Virus record (IMG/VR): IMGVR_UViG_3300020413_000006
Span: 11,496-75,495 of that record
Strand: one strand, 5' to 3'
Origin: a virus
DNA: 64,000 bases
The notes beneath the pieces were generated by a model that was not told the DNA's origin, did not search any database, and saw nothing but the letters and a program-made list of their open reading frames with translations. Position numbers and translations under genes: made by a program. The stretch's first letter is position 1; every line of letters starts with the position of its first letter. Of the stretch, positions 58,552 through 64,000 are shown one piece after another.

Positions 58552-59042
58552 GGTTGTCTGTTGTCGTATTCACCCTCGGTATTTATAGACATATTACCTG
58601 ACACTATCACTCTGTTATGATTACACGATTGGGGTGGAACATAGTGTATATCATGTGCATCAAACACCACCAAATTACCCTTGAGTGGCTTATGCACTGC
58701 AAGAGGTGGCATCCAAGGATGCTCAGGGTCAGGAAAGACTAACGGAGAGCAATGAGAACAGGTATCCACAAACCAAACAAAAGAAAAGTCAAACCCACTA
58801 TGGTTATGAGTTTGAGCAAATTCGCCTTGTCGATATGTACATCCCCAGAGTTCTTGGACTTGATGTTTCGGGTAGAGGACATTTAAGTAGTTTTCGAGTT
58901 GAGGTATTTCTAAGTTCCAATCGGTGACAGTTGCCTTTACTGAGGTTGTATATCCCTGCTCGTCACCTATTGACGATATCTTACTTACTATTTTATCACA
59001 TGGACGTAGGTAAAAGGTCTCTGTCTTAATGTAACGTTGCAT
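58542..59042 (-). CDS. Putative 2OG-Fe(II) oxygenase
   Basis: W...Y..G.....HNH, FSFVWFV, G.LVVF....HYVPP and R.IVSGN; ATG at 59042 preferred. Confidence 0.8.
   Translation of the reverse strand: MQRYIKTETFYLRPCDKIVSKISSIGDEQGYTTSVKATVTDWNLEIPQLENYLNVLYPKHQVQELWGCTYRQGEFAQTHNHSGFDFSFVWFVDTCSHCSPLVFPDPEHPWMPPLAVHKPLKGNLVVFDAHDIHYVPPQSCNHNRVIVSGNMSINTEGEYDNRQPWD
58580..58587 (-). promoter_or_regulatory. T4-type late promoter TATAAATA
   Basis: Exact consensus about 29 nt upstream of the ATG at 58551. Confidence 0.55.
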
Positions 59043-59463
59043 TATACTGTTCCAAGAATACACTCTCCATTGTATGTGCATCTACCTCCCAAGGTTCGTG
59101 CTCATATATTGTATCTTTATTTACCTCTGATCCCATCCAACTGTTGATGACTCTAGTTGTGTATCTCTGTTGGTGCATACCACGAAGTCTCTGCTCCACG
59201 TGACGTAGTTCGTGAAATAAAGTAATTAGATAATGATTGTCATTCATACGATTGTCCAGTTCTATCTCAAAGTATCGTGGACGTGACAGTTGATCAATGG
59301 AATTACAAAAACCATCTGCCTTCTCGTGCCACGTTCTCCTGTCTATAATATGGATAAACGTGTTGAAGCGATTGAGTTTACGATGTTCCATGAACCATTC
59401 GACAGCGTGACGAGCGATCCGTTTGCGATTGCGATACCCGCCAAACGTAATGTGACTAGACAT
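59026..59463 (-). CDS. Zn-metallopeptidase-like protein (HExxH)
   Basis: TLFHELRHVEQ followed by PWEVDA. Confidence 0.75.
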   Translation of the reverse strand: MSSHITFGGYRNRKRIARHAVEWFMEHRKLNRFNTFIHIIDRRTWHEKADGFCNSIDQLSRPRYFEIELDNRMNDNHYLITLFHELRHVEQRLRGMHQQRYTTRVINSWMGSEVNKDTIYEHEPWEVDAHTMESVFLEQYNATLH

Positions 59464-59546
59464 AGTTCAGTTCCCCAGTGTAGAAAATAGATAAAAGATG
59501 ATATGAAAATGAGTTTTTCACGTGCTGATAGTTGTTTAGCGTCCAT
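59343..59546 (-). CDS. Small membrane protein (MDAKQLSAREKLIFISSFIYFLHWG...)
   Basis: Hydrophobic helix; fills the gap 59464-59546 but overlaps the next gene by 121 nt. Confidence 0.5.
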   Translation of the reverse strand: MDAKQLSAREKLIFISSFIYFLHWGTELCLVTLRLAGIAIANGSLVTLSNGSWNIVNSIASTRLSIL

Positions 59547-59673
59547 GTTGTGATAATAATATTTCAAGTTTAGCATAGGTTGCACCTTTGCCTTCTGCTG
59601 TGTCATTCTGCATCAAGCTCATTAAATAACGTAGTTCGTTCTTTGATAGTGGTGATTCGTATCTCTTTGACAT
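59536..59673 (-). CDS. Hypothetical protein (45 aa, MSKRYESPLSKNELRYL...)
   Basis: Not in the ORF track; first ORF after the promoter at 59707. Confidence 0.65.
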   Translation of the reverse strand: MSKRYESPLSKNELRYLMSLMQNDTAEGKGATYAKLEILLSQHGR

Positions 59674-59696
59674 AGTTAAATGATCTGGTGTGATGA

Positions 59697-60638
59697 TTAC
59701 TTCCATATTATAGCAGGTAATGGGGTCGGTATGCTATCTATTCTGTCAGTTTGTAAACTGGCATAGTCCTCGTGTAATTCACACCCAATATAGTTACGAT
59801 TGTGTTTCTTGGCAACCATAGCAGTTGTACCTGTGCCCATAAATGGATCTAGAATTATATCTCCCTGCTCACTTCCTGCTAGTATGCAGGGTTCTATGAG
59901 GTCAGGTGGAAACACTGCAAAGTGTGCTCCCTTATATGGTTTATTGGTTATGCTCCAGACAGATCGTTTATTTTTTGTTGTATATGATTTTGTAAGTCCC
60001 GAATGTGGTTGGAGTCCTGTTCCTGTGTTGTGGTATTTACCATCGGTTCTGTCTCTTGTTCCCCAGTCTTGCTTGACTGGTTCTTTAATTGCTTCGTTGT
60101 CATAGTAGTATCGTTTATTCTTTGATAATAAAAATAAGTATTCGTGTGACTTGGTACACCTGTCACGTACTGACTCTGGCATAGGATTAGGTTTATGCCA
60201 TATGATATCCTGACGTAGATACCATCCATCTGCTCTCAATGCAAATGCTAACATCCAAGGTATACCTATCAAGTCCTTCTCTTTGAGTCCTTCTAGTTTG
60301 TTACCTCTACGAGGGCAATCCTGTGGTTGATCACGATCCGTCTTAGATAGTGTCTGTTTAACAAGTGCTTGACCTTTACCTGGTCTATAGTTATAGTAAC
60401 TATCTCCTATATTTACCCACAATGTACCATCATCAGTGAGTACATCACGTACACTACGAAACACATCCACTAAATTCTCAATGAATTTCTCTGGTGTGTC
60501 CTCTTGTCCTATTTGATTTGCTTCACCACCATAGTCTCTCAACCCATAGTAAGGTGGAGATGTTACACACATACGTGCTTTTACATCGAGAGTCTTTAAA
60601 GTATCTCGACAGTCACCAAATAATATATTGTTAGTCAT
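59697..60638 (-). CDS. Beta-class N4-cytosine/N6-adenine DNA methyltransferase (N6_N4_Mtase)
   Basis: Catalytic TSPPY precedes SAM-binding DPFMGTGTT; also IIWHKPNPMPES and HFAVFP. Confidence 0.92.
   Translation of the reverse strand: MTNNILFGDCRDTLKTLDVKARMCVTSPPYYGLRDYGGEANQIGQEDTPEKFIENLVDVFRSVRDVLTDDGTLWVNIGDSYYNYRPGKGQALVKQTLSKTDRDQPQDCPRRGNKLEGLKEKDLIGIPWMLAFALRADGWYLRQDIIWHKPNPMPESVRDRCTKSHEYLFLLSKNKRYYYDNEAIKEPVKQDWGTRDRTDGKYHNTGTGLQPHSGLTKSYTTKNKRSVWSITNKPYKGAHFAVFPPDLIEPCILAGSEQGDIILDPFMGTGTTAMVAKKHNRNYIGCELHEDYASLQTDRIDSIPTPLPAIIWK
59707..59765 (-). promoter_or_regulatory. Early promoter (palindrome plus TATAAT) embedded in the methyltransferase 3' end
   Basis: TCTGTCAGTTTGTAAACTGGCATA (59742-59765), 29 nt from the TATAAT at 59707-59712. 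Confidence 0.7.
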
Positions 60639-60894
60639 GTGGGTGCTTTAATCTATCCTCTACCCAATGATCTTCGTTTTGTATGTTTGCTGCTTTCACA
60701 TATCTCATAATATGATCATCAATCTGTTTGTAGATAGGATGTAAATCCAAATCCATGTTAATATCGTGAGCAATCTGCGTCACCTGTGACTCTGTAAAAC
60801 AGTGGTCTGGGTGCAGCAGATCGCAACAAGGAACTCTCTTCTCTATGAGTTCATTGAGATTCATACGAATCTCATAATCTCTGTATACTGGCAT
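60631..60894 (-). CDS. Hypothetical protein (87 aa)
   Basis: Coupled to both neighbours. Confidence 0.75.
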   Translation of the reverse strand: MPVYRDYEIRMNLNELIEKRVPCCDLLHPDHCFTESQVTQIAHDINMDLDLHPIYKQIDDHIMRYVKAANIQNEDHWVEDRLKHPHD

Positions 60895-61409
60895 TAGATG
60901 TATTTGCTAGGTAGATGTGATCTGTCGTATAGATATCCTCCTGCCCAACAACAATTAACTGGGTTGAGAACATACTCACGATCTTTGATGATTCTTAAGT
61001 CAAATCTTACTGGGTTCTTACCTGTAAGAGTTGGTTTTTTATACCCTGCTGGCATATAAACCTGACCTGTCTTCTTATCTATGAAAGCGTGAATGGAACT
61101 GTCATAGTATCCTGCTTCCCTTGGATCTATTCTACCATACTTTGAATCATCTTGCCACTCTTGCATAACGATTCTGATATACTTACGTCCTGTGTATACT
61201 ACGAACTTGTTTAGTTTTGCTGTTCCTGCAGCAATCTCTGCAAGTTGATCAACATGATATGGAGAGTAGTGCATTTCGTCACGTAATGAACTCTCGTGTA
61301 GTCTGATTGAATCCTTTTTGTAATTCTCTGTTACTGCAGATGCCAACTGTTCTGCCCATTGTGCTACTCTTTCTTCTAGTGTTGAAGTGTTCTTCTCGAT
61401 AGTAAGCAT
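60894..61409 (-). CDS. Conserved phage early protein (GRKY...SIHAFIDKKTG..YMPA...KP family)
   Basis: Motif match; ATG at 61409 with AAGGAG Shine-Dalgarno, downstream of a promoter. Confidence 0.8.
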   Translation of the reverse strand: MLTIEKNTSTLEERVAQWAEQLASAVTENYKKDSIRLHESSLRDEMHYSPYHVDQLAEIAAGTAKLNKFVVYTGRKYIRIVMQEWQDDSKYGRIDPREAGYYDSSIHAFIDKKTGQVYMPAGYKKPTLTGKNPVRFDLRIIKDREYVLNPVNCCWAGGYLYDRSHLPSKYI

Positions 61410-61433
61410 TGGTCTCCTTTGTTTATATACTCT

Positions 61434-61492
61434 ATTATAAAGACAAAACTGCCTGACTAGGGGAACGTTGTGTAGCTTTCTTAGCTGGCACA
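61434..61492 (-). promoter_or_regulatory. Early promoter (palindrome plus TATAAT) embedded in the methyltransferase 3' end
   Basis: TGTGTAGCTTTCTTAGCTGGCACA (61469-61492), 29 nt from the TATAAT at 61434-61439, followed by an AAACAAAGGAG leader. Confidence 0.75.
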
Positions 61493-62010
61493 TCCAACTC
61501 TTCCATTATAATCTGTTTTGGTAACAGATCATAGCAATAGTAACTACTACTGAATGTTATCTTATCGTTTGCTCTACCATCGGGACTAACAAACTTCATT
61601 CTCTTGTCAAACATCAGTAACTGTAGATCTTTATCTTTGAAGAGTTGTTTAGGTGCTGAGTCATTCAACCACGTGTTAGTCATTATCAATGCGAATGGTT
61701 TATTGAATGACAGTGCTCTCTCAAAATACTTTCTCTTGTTAGTGAATGGAGGATTAGATACTATTATATCCCACTCATCAGGTTCATAGTCAAAGAAATC
61801 GTGACCTGTCCATTTATGTGACATTTCTACCTTGTTAGTCTTTGATATCTCTTTGACGAAGTGACTCTCAAATGTATCAAAAGGACACCATACAATAGCA
61901 CCTTCTGGGATATACTTGAGTATTGGTGTTACTCCATACAAAGGTGTGTAGCACTCGTCATTGTTACCTGACGAGTACATTAGTTTACCACTATCTAATT
62001 CTTGTGCCAT
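61435..62010 (-). CDS. Compact amino (probably N6-adenine) DNA methyltransferase
   Basis: DECYTP, IVWCPFD, HDFF and DIIVSNPPF motifs. Confidence 0.8.
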   Translation of the reverse strand: MAQELDSGKLMYSSGNNDECYTPLYGVTPILKYIPEGAIVWCPFDTFESHFVKEISKTNKVEMSHKWTGHDFFDYEPDEWDIIVSNPPFTNKRKYFERALSFNKPFALIMTNTWLNDSAPKQLFKDKDLQLLMFDKRMKFVSPDGRANDKITFSSSYYCYDLLPKQIIMEELDVPAKKATQRSPSQAVLSL

Positions 62011-62485
62011 ACTTTTTGATTTGTTTGTGTCCGATTGTTACTCCTATTCTAGGATCTTTCTTGTGTGATGTTCCCTCGTCAAATTGTTTTTTAATTCTAG
62101 GTAATATTAATTGTAACACATCTTCTCCAGAAAGAACATATGCTTCAACAATTTCTCCATTTCTAAATCTGGCAAAGTAGTGTTCTTCATACTTACATAT
62201 TTTATCTCCTTTAAGATAACTGAGTTGTTCTATCCAAGAGTTTTGAACACTTATACCATTGTAAGTACCTTGTATCTTATCTGCAATAGTTGATTTATAC
62301 TCAACTGGTTTACCGTTCTCATCAATAGCATCCTCTCCTGAGTAATCATCAGCGACCTTGTGTCCAAACTCTCCCGCCATATAAATTTCTCTAGCTCTTG
62401 CATAAGAGAATGGATCGAGTCCACCACAAATAGAATACATTTCTTTAAAAAGTTCTCTAAACCTTGAGGTCTGTTCGGGTGTCAT
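61991..62485 (-). CDS. PvuII-like PD-(D/E)xK restriction endonuclease
   Basis: SGEDAIDENGKPVEYKS compared with PvuII (recalled) EGNDAVDNAGQEYELKS; further similarity at I.KY..FA.F/Y...I...Y.L...D and P.I.....GT.I; similar length; overlaps the methyltransferase gene. Confidence 0.7.
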   Translation of the reverse strand: MTPEQTSRFRELFKEMYSICGGLDPFSYARAREIYMAGEFGHKVADDYSGEDAIDENGKPVEYKSTIADKIQGTYNGISVQNSWIEQLSYLKGDKICKYEEHYFARFRNGEIVEAYVLSGEDVLQLILPRIKKQFDEGTSHKKDPRIGVTIGHKQIKKYGTRIR

Positions 62486-62499
62486 TGTAGTTGTGTAAT

Positions 62500-62560
62500 A
62501 TACTATTATTATACTACGAATCTATACAATATGCTAGTGTGCAGTCAACAAACTGTCTAC
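62500..62560 (-). promoter_or_regulatory. Early promoter variant upstream of the nuclease
   Basis: GTGTGCAGTCAACAAACTGTCTAC (62537-62560); TATAAT at 62508-62513 (23-nt gap) or TAGTAT at 62500-62505 (31-nt gap). Confidence 0.6.
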
Positions 62561-62874
62561 CAATCATCATCAAACTCCATTTCTTCTTCCTCTCCAAACC
62601 ACTCATCATAATAGTCATCATCCTCTTCATCCCATATGTTGAGATGATGATTCAGTGTATTAGTTCCACTCAAAGATTTGAATGCAATGGTAGAGTCACC
62701 ATCATTCATACAAAATCCACGTTTCATCCACTCTGTTAGTTCGTGGTCTGGGTGTGATTCTATCATCAAATCTAATAACTCTTCAAACTTATCACGTTGT
62801 AATAGTTTGTATTGATGCCATGGGTGACCTATATTTCTCTGCCACACACCCTTGCCATCTTCGAGTTCCATCAT
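62557..62874 (-). CDS. Hypothetical protein with very acidic C-terminus (105 aa)
   Basis: ATGA coupling; D/E-rich tail. Confidence 0.7.
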   Translation of the reverse strand: MMELEDGKGVWQRNIGHPWHQYKLLQRDKFEELLDLMIESHPDHELTEWMKRGFCMNDGDSTIAFKSLSGTNTLNHHLNIWDEEDDDYYDEWFGEEEEMEFDDDW

Positions 62875-63551
62875 CTGTCGAAAACCTCAATTCTCTTGGT
62901 TGCCCATTGTTGCCCTAAGTTTAGCACACTTTCTTCCATAGTGAAAGGTTCTTGTGTGAATTCTATCAATTGTCCTTTCTCTTTGAATATGAATGTATAT
63001 CCTAAAGGATTACATCCACCTCTTGATTTAATTATACTACCTTCTTTGACCACAGTACTACCATATGTACAATCTCTCGTTGGTATCAGATATGAATCAG
63101 TATACATTGGTTGGAATACTGTGTTAACATCTATGTTGTGTACTATACGTCTATAACATGGTATCTCTCCATCATTAGGATTGATACCCACACAGAGAGC
63201 ACTTGCATTTTCGGTCAGTGATGTAAATCTAGTCAACCCTGACACTCTAAAATTACAGTATGAACCAGGTTTATATCGTAGATACTGTGGATGTCTTGCT
63301 GTCTCACTCATCCACATACCATCAGGAAATACCAGACACCTACTGTGTGCATAAAATTTAGTTATGAATTCATATGGGAACTCATTGTAGTTTGTATGAA
63401 CTTCTTTCAACAACCCTACGTGCTCATCAGTAATATATTCTTTCTTCTCTTCTGGGTCATCCCCAAAGAATTTAAAACCTTGTTTACATCCTCTATGATA
63501 TAGTACGGTCAAATGATCTAGTTTATCATTGACTGTGTATTCACTCTTCAT
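62871..63551 (-). CDS. Hypothetical protein (226 aa), paralogue of the adjacent gene
   Basis: Long ORF with similarity to 63548-64000. Confidence 0.8.
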   Translation of the reverse strand: MKSEYTVNDKLDHLTVLYHRGCKQGFKFFGDDPEEKKEYITDEHVGLLKEVHTNYNEFPYEFITKFYAHSRCLVFPDGMWMSETARHPQYLRYKPGSYCNFRVSGLTRFTSLTENASALCVGINPNDGEIPCYRRIVHNIDVNTVFQPMYTDSYLIPTRDCTYGSTVVKEGSIIKSRGGCNPLGYTFIFKEKGQLIEFTQEPFTMEESVLNLGQQWATKRIEVFDR

Positions 63552-64000
63552 CTACTAACGATTTCAATAAGTCCTTCTTCTATTTGATTCATCCATGATG
63601 TAGTAAATTCTTTTACATCTGGTTCTTCCTTGGTAAACTCTACCACAACTGTTGGTTTATCAATTGTTATCTGTACACTATCTGGTTCAGACACTACAAA
63701 TGGAAAGTGTTGGGTTAATTTAGTATTATGATACCATATATCATGCATTGGGACAAGTGTGTTACCTACTGCCTGTGGAGTAAACACATCATTCTCCTTA
63801 TAGAAATGTACTTTCCTTCCTGTAGTTGATAGGTCATCATATCCTGAGCAAGCAATCAAACCATTTGGTTCTAGTGATGTCAGTCTAGCAATACCTGGCA
63901 TACGCATATGTGTATGTGCACCATTGTGATATATTATGGAAAGGTGTGCTGGTTTCAGTGAGTCACTCTTCCAAGTGCTTCCGAATGATACCGTTCTATA
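63548..64000 (-). CDS. 3' part of hypothetical protein, paralogue of the 226-aa ORF; start lies outside the window
   Basis: Frame is open to 64000 (YRTVSFGSTWKSDSLKPAHL...RMPGIARLTSLEPN). Confidence 0.75.
   Translation of the reverse strand, partial: YRTVSFGSTWKSDSLKPAHLSIIYHNGAHTHMRMPGIARLTSLEPNGLIACSGYDDLSTTGRKVHFYKENDVFTPQAVGNTLVPMHDIWYHNTKLTQHFPFVVSEPDSVQITIDKPTVVVEFTKEEPDVKEFTTSWMNQIEEGLIEIVSR

Noticed and set aside
53700-62560. Repeated palindromes read as a CRISPR array or integron attC sites
   Set aside because: The copies are degenerate, hundreds to thousands of nt apart and tied to -10 boxes. There is no cas or integrase gene and no GTTRRRY cores.

Overview
AT-rich segment of a T4-like (Kyanoviridae-type) marine cyanomyovirus genome, probably a Prochlorococcus/Synechococcus phage (inferred from gene content and order). 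Positions 1-~51,000 (all minus strand) form the late virion module: PAAR spike tip, baseplate gp25-gp6-gp7-gp8, a VrlC/DUF4815-like protein, giant fibre/appendage proteins (4261, 3459, 2426 aa), distal fibre proteins with chaperone-like partners, and a U32 Fe-S/methyltransferase fusion. TATAAATA late promoters precede several of these genes. Positions ~51,400-64,000 are an early/accessory region of short ORFs arranged in cassettes. Many cassettes are headed by a 24-bp imperfect palindrome lying 29-30 nt upstream of a TATAAT box, often with a sequence-variable hairpin in the spacer. This region carries a phosphopantetheinyl transferase, a DUF3574/SAM-lyase-like protein, a 2OG-Fe(II) oxygenase, two DNA methyltransferases and a PvuII-like endonuclease. 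The main leads are: (1) a phage-borne PvuII-like restriction-modification cassette; (2) a fibre-linked propeller/chaperone/U32-methyltransferase module; (3) Russian-doll nested domain insertions in the giant virion proteins; (4) the palindrome/hairpin promoter cassette system; (5) a PPTase with a possible GDSLD-bearing phage substrate. All family calls come from motif recognition by eye. No database searches were run.
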